DNA of 60,716 bases from Betaproteobacteria bacterium (GTDB lineage: Bacteria > Pseudomonadota > Gammaproteobacteria > Burkholderiales > SG8-39). The DNA is taken from positions 1 through 60,716 of the forward strand of contig VBCH01000210.1 of assembly GCA_005884455.1 (NCBI GenBank), written 5' to 3'. Shown here piece after piece: positions 1 to 10,320 of the stretch (positions within the stretch are counted from its first letter, which is position 1; each line of letters begins with the position of its first letter). The notes below the pieces were generated by a model. It did no database searches. It was given only the letters and a program-made list of their open reading frames with translations, and was not told the origin of the DNA. The translations under genes and the position numbers were made by a program.

Positions 1-2
1 TG

Positions 3-743
3 GCGGCGCTCGACCTCGCCGAGCGGCGCCGGGAGCTCGCGTCGCTCTTTTCCTGGGCGATCCCGAACACGCGGGCCCTCGAGGTTCTCGCCGCGCACGC
101 GCCGCTCGTCGAGTGCGGCGCGGGAATGGGGTACTGGTCGGCGCTGCTGCGCGCTCGCGGCATCGACGTCCTCGCCTACGACGCCGCGCCGCCGGGCCGC
201 TCCTCGAAGAACGCGTATCACCGGGCAGCGCGCGAGCCCTGGACGAAGATCCACAGGCAAGCTTCGGTCGTGGCCGCGCGCCGGCATCGCGAGCGCACGC
301 TCGTGCTCTGCTGGCCGCCTTACGACGACGATGCGGCGAGCTACGCCGTGCTGCGGGCCTACCGCGGCGACACGCTCATCTACATCGGCGAGCCCGACGA
401 GGGTGCGACCGGCTCGGTGCGTTTTCACCGCGAGCTGCGGCTCAACTGGACCCTGGGCGAGGCCGTCGATCTTCCGCGCTGGCCGCGCCTGCGCGACACG
501 CTGATGGTCTACCGGCGCAACTCGGAGCGCCGCCCTCATCTCGAGCGGGATCGCTGCTTCGAGTGCAAGCGCTTCATCGCCACCGGCGCCATCGGCCGCT
601 GCGACTGGTGCTTCGAGCGCCGTCCCTCGGCGCTCGCGCTGCAGGTCGGAAAGCACCGCGTCGAGTACGTGCAGGAGATGCTCGACGCGCTGCCGGCTGC
701 GCAGCGCAGCGCGGTGGAGGGAAGTCCAAACAGAATCCGCTAA
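3..743 (+). CDS. Class I SAM-dependent methyltransferase-like protein with C-terminal CxxC...CxxC motif (5' truncated by window edge)
   Basis: Frame is open from base 3: ...FSWAIP...LVECGAGMGYW...VLAYD (SAM motif I ExGxGxG), LCWPP, YIGE; C-terminal CFEC and CDWC. Confidence 0.6.
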   Translation, partial: AALDLAERRRELASLFSWAIPNTRALEVLAAHAPLVECGAGMGYWSALLRARGIDVLAYDAAPPGRSSKNAYHRAAREPWTKIHRQASVVAARRHRERTLVLCWPPYDDDAASYAVLRAYRGDTLIYIGEPDEGATGSVRFHRELRLNWTLGEAVDLPRWPRLRDTLMVYRRNSERRPHLERDRCFECKRFIATGAIGRCDWCFERRPSALALQVGKHRVEYVQEMLDALPAAQRSAVEGSPNRIR

Positions 744-792
744 GGGCTGAAATCCGCCCGGATCGCGGCCGTGTTCCCCGCGCCGGCGCAGC

Positions 793-820
793 TTGACTTT
801 GGGGCTGCAGCGCCTAGCAT
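793..820 (+). promoter_or_regulatory. Putative sigma70 promoter for the small downstream ORF
   Basis: TTGACT (793-798), 16 nt spacer, TAGCAT (815-820). Confidence 0.35.
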
Positions 821-866
821 CTAGTCGTTGCGTAACGCGGGACGTGTCCAAACGCGGCGGCTGCAC

Positions 867-1166
867 ATGTCGAACGGTCCAACCGACAAGCCGGTGAATG
901 CCGAGGCGCTCGCAGGCGCGCTGCGGGCCCTGGGGATGCTCTACGGCGCGAGCCAGCCGCTCGCGGAGATCATCGCTGGCGCGAAGAGCGAGGCCGAGGC
1001 GATCCGCATGTACATCGAGCGCGAACGTCCGCACCTGCTCGCGAGCTACGACCTCGAGACGCTGGTGAAGATGGTGCAGGGCGCGCGCGAGGCGAAGACC
1101 GACGCCAAGCACGGCGTGGAACAGTTCAGCCCGAGCGACAAGCCGCCCGCCAAACGCCGGAGCTAG
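867..1166 (+). CDS. Hypothetical protein (~99 aa, predicted helical)
   Basis: ATG at 867 within the 828-1166 ORF; host-like codon usage; no motif recognised. Confidence 0.55.
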   Translation: MSNGPTDKPVNAEALAGALRALGMLYGASQPLAEIIAGAKSEAEAIRMYIERERPHLLASYDLETLVKMVQGAREAKTDAKHGVEQFSPSDKPPAKRRS

Positions 1167-1208
1167 TCGAGGCAGCGGGTGCGCGCTTGATTCCGTTCCG
1201 CGGAATTA

Positions 1209-1250
1209 TTGATGCCTGTCAAGCTTTTACCGTTACCCCGGCTGTAAAAT
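1209..1250 (+). promoter_or_regulatory. Crp/Fnr-type box plus -10 element, fdh promoter
   Basis: TTGATGCCTGTCAA (1209-1222), TAAAAT (1245-1250), ATG at 1257; box centre is 41.5 nt upstream of the ATG. Confidence 0.7.
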
Positions 1251-1256
1251 GGGCCC

Positions 1257-3002
1257 ATGAACGACCGAGCATCTTCGGCGCCCGCGAAAGAAAAGCAGTC
1301 CATAAAACGCGCGCGGGTGCGCGGCACGCCCAAGGGACGCAGCGTCGACCCCAAAGCCCGGGAGGAAGTACGCGACCTCCTGAAAGACGCGCCGCTCCGG
1401 CGCGACCTGCTGATCGAATACCTGCACCGCGTCCAGGATCGCTACGGGCATCTCTCGGCTGCGCACCTCGTCGCCCTCGCCGAGGAGATGAAGCTCGCAA
1501 TGACCGAAGTCTACGAGGTCGCGACCTTCTACCACCATTTCGACGTGATCAAGGAGGGTGAGGCGCCGCCGCCCGCGATCACGGTGCGCGTGTGCGACTC
1601 GATCGCGTGCGACATCGCAGGCTCGCATGAACTGCTGGCGAAGCTGCCCGGGATTCTCGGCACGGGCGTGCGCGTGCTGCACGCCCCCTGCATCGGGCGC
1701 TGCGAGACCGCTCCCGCCGCCGTCGTCGGGCAGAACCCGCTGCCTCACGCGAGCGCGGAAAAGATCGCCGCGCTGGTGAAAGCCAAGGCGCTGAAACACC
1801 CGGCGCCGGGCTCGCGCGAATCGCATCCGCACGGCGATATCGTGAGCCCGCCTTGCGTCGACTACGCGGCGTACCGCGCGAAAGGCGGGTACGGGCTCGC
1901 CAAGGCCTGCATCGACGGAGCGAAGAAGCGCGAAGAGGTAATCGCGGTCATGGAGGACTCCGGCCTTCGCGGACTCGGCGGCGCGGGCTTTCCCGCGGGA
2001 CGCAAGTGGAAATCGGTCGCCGCGGAGCCGGCCCCGCGGCTATGCGCGATCAACATCGACGAAGGCGAGCCGGGAACGTTCAAGGACCGCTGGTACCTCG
2101 AGCGCGATCCGCACCGCTTTGTAGAAGGAGCGCTTATCGCGGCCTGGGCGGTCGGCATCGACGAGATCTACATCTATCTTCGCGACGAGTACCACGGCTG
2201 CCGCGCGATCCTGGAAAGGGAAATCGGGGCGCTGCGGGCGAATCCGCCGTGCAGGCTGCCGCCGATCCATCTTCGCCGCGGCGCGGGCGCCTACATCTGC
2301 GGCGAGGAATCGGCGATGATCGAGTCGATCGAGGGCAAGCGCGGCATGCCGCGGCTGCGCCCGCCTTACGTCGCGCAGGTGGGGCTGTTCGGCCGGCCGA
2401 CCCTGGAGCACAACATGGAGACGCTGCACTGGGTGCGCGAAATCCTTGAAAAGGGCGCCGACTGGTTCGCCTCCCAAGGACGCAACGGCCGCAAGGGCCT
2501 GCGCTCCTTCTCGGTGAGCGGGCGCGTGAAGAAGCCCGGCGTGCATCTCGCGCCGGCCGGGATCACGGTGAAGGAATTGATCGCCGAACACTGCGGCGGG
2601 ATGCAGGACGGCCACAAGTTCTACGGCTATCTTCCCGGCGGAGCCTCGGGCGGGATCCTCCCGGCGGCGATGGGCGACATTCCGCTCGACTTCGATACAC
2701 TGAACCAGTACGGCTGCTTTATCGGCTCCGCCGCGATAGTTATCTTCTCGGATAGAGACAAAGCCACGACCGCCGCGAGTAACCTCATGAAGTTCTTCTC
2801 CGAGGAGTCGTGCGGGCAGTGCACGCCCTGCAGGGTCGGCACGGCAAAGGCGCTCAAGCTCATGGAAAAAAAGAAATGGGACCAGCCGCTGCTGAAGGAA
2901 CTTTCCCAGGCGATGATGGACGCATCCATATGCGGGCTGGGGCAGGCCGCCCCCAACCCGGTGCTTTCTGTGATGAAATACTTTCCGCAGGAGATCGCGT
3001 GA
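1257..3002 (+). CDS. NAD-dependent formate dehydrogenase beta/diaphorase subunit (NuoE+NuoF-like fusion; FMN, [2Fe-2S], [4Fe-4S])
   Basis: EVATFY and CDSIAC...CIGRC ([2Fe-2S]); GLGGAGFP, DEGEPGTFKDR, GAGAYICGEESA, SCGQCTPCRVG, CGLG; directly upstream of the FDH alpha subunit. Confidence 0.93.
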   Translation: MNDRASSAPAKEKQSIKRARVRGTPKGRSVDPKAREEVRDLLKDAPLRRDLLIEYLHRVQDRYGHLSAAHLVALAEEMKLAMTEVYEVATFYHHFDVIKEGEAPPPAITVRVCDSIACDIAGSHELLAKLPGILGTGVRVLHAPCIGRCETAPAAVVGQNPLPHASAEKIAALVKAKALKHPAPGSRESHPHGDIVSPPCVDYAAYRAKGGYGLAKACIDGAKKREEVIAVMEDSGLRGLGGAGFPAGRKWKSVAAEPAPRLCAINIDEGEPGTFKDRWYLERDPHRFVEGALIAAWAVGIDEIYIYLRDEYHGCRAILEREIGALRANPPCRLPPIHLRRGAGAYICGEESAMIESIEGKRGMPRLRPPYVAQVGLFGRPTLEHNMETLHWVREILEKGADWFASQGRNGRKGLRSFSVSGRVKKPGVHLAPAGITVKELIAEHCGGMQDGHKFYGYLPGGASGGILPAAMGDIPLDFDTLNQYGCFIGSAAIVIFSDRDKATTAASNLMKFFSEESCGQCTPCRVGTAKALKLMEKKKWDQPLLKELSQAMMDASICGLGQAAPNPVLSVMKYFPQEIA

Positions 3003-3018
3003 TGGCGAGAGGTGACCG

Positions 3019-5826
3019 ATGGACCGCCTGAGCACCGCGCAAGCGGCGACGATGCCGGTTGAGTTCAAGCTGAACGGCAAGACCGTCGTCGGCAGGTCGG
3101 ATGAGACCCTCATCGAGACGGCCAGGCATTACGGCATCGAGATCCCGCACCTGTGCTACAAGGAAGGCATGCGGCCGGACGGCAACTGCCGCGCCTGCGT
3201 GGTCGAGATCAAGGGCGAGCGAGTGCTCGCGCCCTCCTGCTGCCGCTACCCCAAGGACGGCATGGAGGTGACGACCGACAACCCGCGCTCGGTCGCCAGC
3301 CAGAAGATGGTGCTCGAGCTGCTCCTCGCGGACATCCCGGAGAAATCCTACACCCTCGACTCCGAGCTCGATCATTGGGCGAAAGCCCTGAAAGTCGGCA
3401 AGCCGCGCTTCGAGTCGCGGCACCAGCCGAAGCCCGATCTGTCGCACTCGGCGATCGCGGTGAACCTCGACGCCTGCATCCAGTGCACGAGGTGCCTGCG
3501 CGCCTGCCGCGAGGAGCAGGTGAACGACGTGATCGGGTACGCGTTCCGCGGCGAGCATTCGAAGATCGTGTTCGACCTCGACGATCCCATGGGCAACTCC
3601 ACCTGCGTCGCCTGCGGCGAATGCGTGCAGGCCTGCCCGACGGGCGCTTTGATGCCCGCCCGCGAAGTCGGCAAGATCCAGGCGGACAAGACCGTGGACT
3701 CGGTCTGCCCCTATTGCGGGGTCGGATGTCTCCTGACCTACAACGTCAAGGGCAACAAGATCCTCTGGGTGCAGGGCCGCGAAGGGCCCGCCAACAGCAA
3801 GCGCCTGTGCGTGAAGGGACGCTACGGCTTCGACTACGTGCAGCACAGACATCGCCTGACAAAGCCGCTTATCCGCAAGCCCGGCGTGAAGAAGCACAAG
3901 GACTTCAGCGTCGATCCGGACGACTGGTCGCAAGTCTTCCGCGAGGCGAGCTGGGGGGAAGCGCTCGATTTCGCGGCAAATGGCCTGCGCGACATCCGCG
4001 ACAGGCACGGGAAAAAATCGCTCGCCGGTTTCGGCTCGGCGAAGGGCACGAACGAGGAAGCCTATCTCTTCCAGAAGTTGGTGCGCACCGGCTTCGGCTC
4101 GAACAACGTCGATCACTGCACGCGCCTGTGCCACGCCTCGTCGGTCGCGGCGCTTATGGAGGGCATCAACTCGGGCGCCGTATCGAACCAGGTGCGCGAC
4201 GTGATGAAAGCGGAGGTGATCTTTCTCATCGGAGCGAATCCCACGGTCAATCACCCCGTCGCAGCCACCTGGATGAAGAACGCTGCGAAGGCTGGCGTGA
4301 AGCTCATCGTCGCCGATCCCCGGCGCGGAGATCTCGCCCGCCACGCGACCTACAACCTGCAGTTCAAGGCCGACACCGACGTCGCGCTGCTGAACGCGAT
4401 GCTCCACACCATCGTCGAGGAGGGCCTCGCCAACGAGGCCTTTATCCGCGACCGCACCTCGGGCTACGAGGCGCTCGCCGAGAACGTAGAGAAGTTTTCT
4501 CCGGAGGCGATGGCGCCCGTCTGCGGCATCGACGCCAGGACGATCCGCGAGGTCGCGCGCCTGTACGCGACCTCCAAGGCTTCGATCATCATGTGGGGGA
4601 TGGGAATCTCGCAGCACGTGCACGGCACCGACAATGCCAGATGCCTTATCGCGCTCGCGCTCTGCACCGGCCAGATCGGCAAGCCGGGCTCGGGCCTGCA
4701 TCCCCTGCGCGGCCAGAACAACGTGCAAGGTGCATCGGACTCGGGGCTGATCCCGATGTTCTATCCCGACTATCAGCGCATCGCCACGCCCGAGGCGAAG
4801 GCACGCTTCGAGAAACTCTGGGGCACGGAGCTCGATCCGAAACCCGGGCTGACGGTGGTGGAGATCATGCACGCGGCGAAGAAGGGGGAAATCCGCGGCA
4901 TGTACATCATGGGCGAGAACCCGGCGATGTCCGACCCCGACGTCGACCACGCGCGCGAGGCGCTCGCCGCGCTCGATCACATGGTCGTGCAGGATATCTT
5001 CCTCACCGAGACGGCGTACCTCGCCGACGTGGTGCTGCCGGCGACCGCGTGGCCGGAAAAGGTCGGCACCGTCACCAACACCGACCGCATGGTGCAGCTC
5101 GGCAGGAAGGCGATCGAGCCGCCCGGCGAGGCGAAAGAAGATCTCTGGCTCATCAACGAGCTCGCCAAGCGCATGGGACTTCCCTGGAACTACACGCATC
5201 CACGCGAAGTGTTCGACGAGATGCGCCAGTGCATGGACTCGATCGCGGGGATCACCTGGGAGCGCCTCGAGCGCGAGTCCTCGGTGACCTATCCGTGCGA
5301 GAAGGAAGGCGATCCGGGAGAACCCGTCGTATTCGTCACGCATTTCCCCACGACCACGGGCCGCGGCAAGTTCGTTCCCGCGGACCTGATCCCGGCGGCG
5401 GAGCGCCCGGACGACCGGTATCCGATGGTGCTCATCACGGGCAGGCAGCTCGAGCACTGGCACACCGGCGCGATGACACGCCGCGCGAGCGTGCTCGACC
5501 ACATCGAGCCCGAGCCCGTCGCGTCGTTCCATCCTTTCGACCTCGAGCGGTTCGGGGTGAAGGCAGGCGAGATCGTGACCGTGGAATCGCGCCGCGGCAG
5601 AATTTCACTGTACGCCCGCGCCGACGACGGCACACCGGCGGGCGCGGTGTTTATCCCTTTCTGTTATTACGAAGCGGCGGCGAACATGCTCACCAACCCG
5701 GTGCTCGACCCGGTCGGCAAAATCCCCGAGTTCAAGTACTGCGCGGTGAAAGTCACCAAAGGCGGGCCCGTGCCGGTGCACTCGAGCTTTGGCGGCGGGA
5801 CGCTGCTCGCCGAAAAGGCTTCCTGA
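3019..5826 (+). CDS. fdhF: Formate dehydrogenase alpha subunit (Mo/W-bis-PGD, Cys ligand; two-subunit Fdh1-like architecture)
   Basis: N-terminal Fe-S motifs (IPHLC, CRACVV, CIQCTRC, CVACGEC), CPYCGVGC, RLCHASS active site, LRGQNNVQG, PEFKYCAV. Confidence 0.95.
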   Translation: MDRLSTAQAATMPVEFKLNGKTVVGRSDETLIETARHYGIEIPHLCYKEGMRPDGNCRACVVEIKGERVLAPSCCRYPKDGMEVTTDNPRSVASQKMVLELLLADIPEKSYTLDSELDHWAKALKVGKPRFESRHQPKPDLSHSAIAVNLDACIQCTRCLRACREEQVNDVIGYAFRGEHSKIVFDLDDPMGNSTCVACGECVQACPTGALMPAREVGKIQADKTVDSVCPYCGVGCLLTYNVKGNKILWVQGREGPANSKRLCVKGRYGFDYVQHRHRLTKPLIRKPGVKKHKDFSVDPDDWSQVFREASWGEALDFAANGLRDIRDRHGKKSLAGFGSAKGTNEEAYLFQKLVRTGFGSNNVDHCTRLCHASSVAALMEGINSGAVSNQVRDVMKAEVIFLIGANPTVNHPVAATWMKNAAKAGVKLIVADPRRGDLARHATYNLQFKADTDVALLNAMLHTIVEEGLANEAFIRDRTSGYEALAENVEKFSPEAMAPVCGIDARTIREVARLYATSKASIIMWGMGISQHVHGTDNARCLIALALCTGQIGKPGSGLHPLRGQNNVQGASDSGLIPMFYPDYQRIATPEAKARFEKLWGTELDPKPGLTVVEIMHAAKKGEIRGMYIMGENPAMSDPDVDHAREALAALDHMVVQDIFLTETAYLADVVLPATAWPEKVGTVTNTDRMVQLGRKAIEPPGEAKEDLWLINELAKRMGLPWNYTHPREVFDEMRQCMDSIAGITWERLERESSVTYPCEKEGDPGEPVVFVTHFPTTTGRGKFVPADLIPAAERPDDRYPMVLITGRQLEHWHTGAMTRRASVLDHIEPEPVASFHPFDLERFGVKAGEIVTVESRRGRISLYARADDGTPAGAVFIPFCYYEAAANMLTNPVLDPVGKIPEFKYCAVKVTKGGPVPVHSSFGGGTLLAEKAS

Positions 5827-5839
5827 TCTCGATCAGGTG

Positions 5840-5873
5840 AAAAAAAGCCCCGGGCGACCGGGGCTTTCTGTTT
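5840..5873 (+). terminator. Rho-independent terminator after fdh (probably bidirectional)
   Basis: AAAGCCCCGG-GCGA-CCGGGGCTTT stem-loop, A-run before and TTTCTGTTT after. Confidence 0.85.
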
Positions 5874-5982
5874 CGGGCGGCCTTTGCTACAGCGGCAAGC
5901 GCATAGGGTCGTGGCGCTCGGCGCGTTGCGGAACACCTCATCGCTCCACCGGCGCCTCCCGCGGGTCCGCGCGGCCTGTATC

Positions 5983-6025
5983 TTGATTTCCGTCAATGTT
6001 CGCGCAATCGCGCAACCCTTATAGT
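5983..6025 (+). promoter_or_regulatory. Crp/Fnr-type box plus -10 element, fhs promoter
   Basis: TTGATTTCCGTCAA (5983-5996) and TATAGT (6020-6025). Confidence 0.65.
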
Positions 6026-6077
6026 GTCTCGCCCATAAAATCGACGTAATGCTGTCCCGCAGCAGAAGGACCCGTAG

Positions 6078-7748
6078 ATGGCCTCCGACATCGAAATCGC
6101 ACAGAAGGCCAAGCTCGAGCGCATCTCCAAGATCGCTCTCGCGAAGCTCGGCATTCCCGAGCAGCACCTCGAGCCCTACGGGCATTTCAAGGCGAAGGTG
6201 TCGCTCGAATACTTGGACGGCCTCAAGACGCGCCCGAACGCGAAGCTCGTCCTGGTGACGGCGATGACGCCCACGCCCGCGGGCGAGGGCAAGACGACCA
6301 CCACGGTGGGGCTGGGCGATGCGCTCAACCACATCGGCAAGAAAGCGATGATCTGCCTGCGCGAGCCTTCGCTCGGACCCGTCTTCGGCATGAAAGGCGG
6401 CGCCGCCGGCGGCGGCTACGCGCAGGTGGTGCCGATGGAGGACATCAACCTGCACTTCACCGGCGACTTCAACGCCATCGCGCTCGCGAACAACCTGCTC
6501 GCGGCGATGCTCGACAACCACATCCACCACGGGAACGAATTGGGAATCGACGTGCGGCGCATCGCGTGGAGGCGGGTAGTCGACATGAACGACCGGGCGC
6601 TGCGCGACATCGTCGTGAGCCTGGGAGGTCCGGGCAACGGCTATCCGCGCCAGGACGGATTCGACATCGTGGTCGCCTCCGAGGTGATGGCGATCTTCTG
6701 CTTGTCCACCTCGCTCGACGATCTCAAGGAGCGGCTCGGCAAGATCGTGGTCGGCTACACGCGCGACCAGAAGCCGGTGCTCGCCCGCGATCTCCAGGCC
6801 CACGGCGCGATGACCGTGCTCCTGAAGGACGCAATCAAGCCGAACCTCGTGCAGACGCTCGAGAACAATCCCGCCTTCATCCACGGCGGGCCGTTCGCCA
6901 ACATCGCGCACGGCTGCAACTCCGTGATCGCGACGAGCTCGGCGATGAAGCTCGCAGATTACGTGGTCACGGAAGCGGGCTTCGGCGCGGACCTCGGCGC
7001 GGAGAAATTCATCGACATCAAGTGCCGCAAATCGGGCTTGCGCCCCTCCGCCGCCGTGATCGTCGCGACGGTTCGCGCGATGAAGTATCACGGCGGCGCC
7101 GATCTGAAAACCATCACCCAGGAAAACCTCGCGGCGCTTGAAAAAGGCGTCACCAACCTCGAGCGCCACGTCGAGAACGTGCAGAAGAACTACGGCATTC
7201 CCTGCGTGGTCTCGATCAACCGTTTCAACCAGGACACGCAGAAGGAGCTGGATCTGCTCAAGTCGCGGATCGAGAAACTCGGCGCCAAGGTCGTGCTCGC
7301 GACGCACTGGGGCGACGGCGGCAGGGGCGCAGCGGAGCTCGCGCGCATCGTGGTCGACCTCTGCGAGAGCAAAGGCAACTTCCAGTTCGTGTACGAGGAA
7401 CAAGACACGCTCTGGGACAAGATCAACAAGATCGCGAAGAAGATCTACCGCGCGAGCGAAGTGACCGCCGACGGAAAGGTGCGGGCCCAGATCAAGAAGC
7501 TGCAGGACGACGGCTACGGGCGCTATCCGGTGTGCGTGGCGAAGACCCAGTATTCCTTCTCGACCGATGCGCAGCTGCGCGCGGCGCCCTCGAACCACGT
7601 CGTCAACGTGCGCGAAGTGCGGCTGGCGGCGGGCGCCGAGTTCGTCGTGATGATCTGCGGGGATATCATGACGATGCCGGGGCTCCCCAAGGTGCCTTCG
7701 GCGGTCAAGATCGACCTCGTCGACGGGAAAGTCGTCGGACTGTTCTGA
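6078..7748 (+). CDS. fhs: Formate--tetrahydrofolate ligase
   Basis: [58 protein letters not shown]. Confidence 0.98.
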   Translation: MASDIEIAQKAKLERISKIALAKLGIPEQHLEPYGHFKAKVSLEYLDGLKTRPNAKLVLVTAMTPTPAGEGKTTTTVGLGDALNHIGKKAMICLREPSLGPVFGMKGGAAGGGYAQVVPMEDINLHFTGDFNAIALANNLLAAMLDNHIHHGNELGIDVRRIAWRRVVDMNDRALRDIVVSLGGPGNGYPRQDGFDIVVASEVMAIFCLSTSLDDLKERLGKIVVGYTRDQKPVLARDLQAHGAMTVLLKDAIKPNLVQTLENNPAFIHGGPFANIAHGCNSVIATSSAMKLADYVVTEAGFGADLGAEKFIDIKCRKSGLRPSAAVIVATVRAMKYHGGADLKTITQENLAALEKGVTNLERHVENVQKNYGIPCVVSINRFNQDTQKELDLLKSRIEKLGAKVVLATHWGDGGRGAAELARIVVDLCESKGNFQFVYEEQDTLWDKINKIAKKIYRASEVTADGKVRAQIKKLQDDGYGRYPVCVAKTQYSFSTDAQLRAAPSNHVVNVREVRLAAGAEFVVMICGDIMTMPGLPKVPSAVKIDLVDGKVVGLF

Positions 7749-7785
7749 ACGACGCGGGTAGCGGGGCCAACGGGAGGACACCGCC

Positions 7786-8520
7786 ATGCAAGAGCTTCTG
7801 ACGTCGCAGTTCTGGCTGGGGCTCGGGGCCATCATCTGGGTCAACATCATCCTGTCGGGCGACAACGCCGTCGTGATCGCGCTCGCGGCGCGCTCCTTGC
7901 CGTCGCACCAGCAGACGAAGGCGGTCATTTGGGGGGCAGGTGCGGCGGTGGTGCTGCGCATCGTGCTCACGATCGTCGCGGTCGAGTTGCTGAAGCTTTC
8001 CTACCTCAAGCTCCTGGGAGGCGTGCTGCTGCTCTGGATCGCGGTGAAATTGCTGGTTCCGGAGGATGACGGCGGCGACGGAATCAAATCGAGCTCCAAT
8101 CTGCTGGCGGCGATCAAAACCATCCTGATCGCGGATCTGGTGATGAGCCTGGACAATGTCATCGCGGTGGCCGCGGTCGCCAAGGGCAGCATCGTGCTGC
8201 TCGTGCTCGGGTTGCTGATCAGCATCCCGCTGGTGGTTTTCGGCGCTACCATGCTGATGAAGCTCATGGAGACCTATCCCGTGATCATCACCGTCGGGGC
8301 CGCGCTGATCGGCTATGTGGCGGGCGAGATGCTGGTGACTGACCCGGTCGTGATCGAGTGGTTCAGGGCCAACGCCCACTGGATGATCGACTTCGAGCTC
8401 TTTTCGGTCTTCGGCCGCAAGTTCGAGCTGTCGGTGGCCGGGCTGGCCGGCGCGCTCCTGGTCGTGGCGGTCGGAAAGTGGCTCGGCAGTCGAGAACCAA
8501 CCCAAGCCGGGAGAAGTTGA
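7786..8520 (+). CDS. TerC family (YjbE-like) integral membrane protein
   Basis: LSGDNAVVIALA and ADLVMSLDNVIAVA motifs; multiple TM helices. Confidence 0.9.
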   Translation: MQELLTSQFWLGLGAIIWVNIILSGDNAVVIALAARSLPSHQQTKAVIWGAGAAVVLRIVLTIVAVELLKLSYLKLLGGVLLLWIAVKLLVPEDDGGDGIKSSSNLLAAIKTILIADLVMSLDNVIAVAAVAKGSIVLLVLGLLISIPLVVFGATMLMKLMETYPVIITVGAALIGYVAGEMLVTDPVVIEWFRANAHWMIDFELFSVFGRKFELSVAGLAGALLVVAVGKWLGSREPTQAGRS

Positions 8521-8535
8521 GTGCGCCGCGTGGCC

Positions 8536-8577
8536 TTGACCTCTGTCAAGGTTGCTTAAGGGGCTTGTGGCGATAAT
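8536..8577 (+). promoter_or_regulatory. Crp/Fnr-type box plus -10 element, tctCBA promoter
   Basis: Inverted repeat CCTTGAC-CTCT-GTCAAGG (core 8536-8549) and GATAAT (8572-8577). Confidence 0.7.
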
Positions 8578-8673
8578 CGACGCGCGAAATGCGGCAGGTG
8601 AATAAAATAGATGGAACCCGCCCGTGCTGATGGGGTCCATTCCGTTTGGTGTCCTGGCAATAGGAGGAGAGCG

Positions 8674-9687
8674 ATGCGCAACTTTACCGATCGCGACTGG
8701 CGCGGAACCACTGCGCTGACGCTGTTCGCCGCGGCCGCGGCCATGCCCACCCAGGCGCTTGCGGCCTGGGAACCCACGAAGACGGTGGAGTTCATCGTGC
8801 CCGCCGGCACTGGCGGGGGCGCCGATCAGATGGCGCGGATCATTCAAGGCATCATTGCCAAGAACAAGTTGATGAAGGAGCCGATGGTCGTTGTCAACAA
8901 GGCCGGAGGCGCGGGTGCCGAGGGCTTCCTGGACGTCAAAGAGTCGAAAGGCGATCCGCACAAGATCATCATCACCCTGTCGAATCTGTTCACGACCCCG
9001 CTTGCGACCAATACGCCGTTCAACTGGCGCGATCTGACGCCTGTTCAGATGATGGCCCTGGACAACTTCGTCCTATGGGTCAACGCGGAGACGCCCTACA
9101 AGACGCCCACGGAATACCTCGCCGCGGTCAAGGCCGGCGGCGGAAAGTTCAAGATGGGCGGGACGGGCTCGAAGCAGGAGGATCAGATCATCACCGTCGC
9201 TATCGAGAAACAGACCGGGGCCAAGTTCATCTACATTTCGTATCGCGGCGGCGGCGAAGTGGCGGTGCAGCTGGTGGGCAAGCACGTCGATTCGACGGTC
9301 AACAACCCGATCGAAGCGGTGGCCCAGTGGCGCGCGGGGTCGCTGCGGCCGCTGTGCGTGTTCGACGCCAAGCGCATGCCCTACAAGACGAAGATCACCA
9401 AGACGATGTCCTGGTACGACATTCCGCCGTGCAAGGACACCGGCCTCGACGTCGAATACCTGATGCTGCGCGGCATCTTCATGCCCGGTGGTGTGACCGA
9501 GGAGCACAAACAGTACTACGTCGACCTGCTGAAGAAGGTGCGGGAAACCCCCGATTGGAAGAGCTTTTTGGAGCAGGGCGCGTTCAACCAAACCACGTTG
9601 ACCGGGAAGGAATACGAAGCCTGGGTGGCGCGCGAGGAGGCGCGGCACATCCTGCTCATGAGGGAAGCGGGATTCCTGGCGAAGTAG
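8674..9687 (+). CDS. tctC: Tripartite tricarboxylate transporter substrate-binding protein (TctC/Bug)
   Basis: AGGAGGAG SD then ATG at 8674; signal peptide ending ALA; VPAGTGGGAD, NKAGGAG, YRGGGE. Confidence 0.92.
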   Translation: MRNFTDRDWRGTTALTLFAAAAAMPTQALAAWEPTKTVEFIVPAGTGGGADQMARIIQGIIAKNKLMKEPMVVVNKAGGAGAEGFLDVKESKGDPHKIIITLSNLFTTPLATNTPFNWRDLTPVQMMALDNFVLWVNAETPYKTPTEYLAAVKAGGGKFKMGGTGSKQEDQIITVAIEKQTGAKFIYISYRGGGEVAVQLVGKHVDSTVNNPIEAVAQWRAGSLRPLCVFDAKRMPYKTKITKTMSWYDIPPCKDTGLDVEYLMLRGIFMPGGVTEEHKQYYVDLLKKVRETPDWKSFLEQGAFNQTTLTGKEYEAWVAREEARHILLMREAGFLAK

Positions 9688-9762
9688 GATTGGGTGGACG
9701 CGAGGGGTAGGCACCCACGCGTCCAGAACCCCGCACTGCGGGACGGGCGGATCGAGGAGGGG

Positions 9763-10266
9763 ATGGAAAGCGAGCAACAACATTCGGCGGCATCGGTCAG
9801 GGCCGTGGAGATCGGTGTCGCCGTCGTCATATTCCTCTTCGGTGCCCTGGTCGTATTCGACAGCTACCGCCTGGGTGCCCGATGGGGAGACGACGGGCCG
9901 CAAGCCGGCTATTTTCCCTTTTATGTCGGCCTGTTCATCTGCGCCTCCGGCGCAGCGATCTTCGTCCGTGCTTTGCGAAACACGGCGTTCGCCGCCGAAT
10001 CGTTCGTGTCGCGCGAGGAGCTGAAGAAAATACTGACGGTTCTCGTGCCGACGATCGTGTATGTCTCCGTGATCGGGTATCTGGGTTTCTACGTCGCGTC
10101 CACGCTCTATATCGCCTACTTCATGTGGCACTTGGGTAAGTACGCCTGGTTCAAGATCGCGCCGGTCTCGATAGGCGTCAGCGTCGCGTTTTTTCTGATC
10201 TTCGAAATATGGTTCTCGGTGCCTCTTCCCAAAGGGCCGCTCGAGGCTGCGTTGGGACTCAATTGA
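9763..10266 (+). CDS. tctB: TTT small membrane subunit TctB
   Basis: About 4 TM helices, GPQAGYFP, C-terminal VPLPKGP; lies between tctC and tctA. Confidence 0.88.
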   Translation: MESEQQHSAASVRAVEIGVAVVIFLFGALVVFDSYRLGARWGDDGPQAGYFPFYVGLFICASGAAIFVRALRNTAFAAESFVSREELKKILTVLVPTIVYVSVIGYLGFYVASTLYIAYFMWHLGKYAWFKIAPVSIGVSVAFFLIFEIWFSVPLPKGPLEAALGLN

Positions 10267-10320
10267 GGGCCGTGGCGGCGGATTAGCTCGCCGGCGCTTG
10301 CGCTGGTAAGGGGAGGCTGA

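Noticed and set aside
3019-5826. Possible selenocysteine FDH, or firm assignment of W versus Mo
   Set aside because: The active site reads RLCHA with a Cys codon and no in-frame TGA; the metal cannot be determined from sequence alone
2860-5840. Very long antisense and alternate-frame ORFs (e.g. 2860-5532 minus, 3153-5840 plus; likewise 5667-7970, 9073-11559, 17003-18961)
   Set aside because: Shadow ORFs expected from high-GC codon bias over well-supported genes; no recognisable motifs
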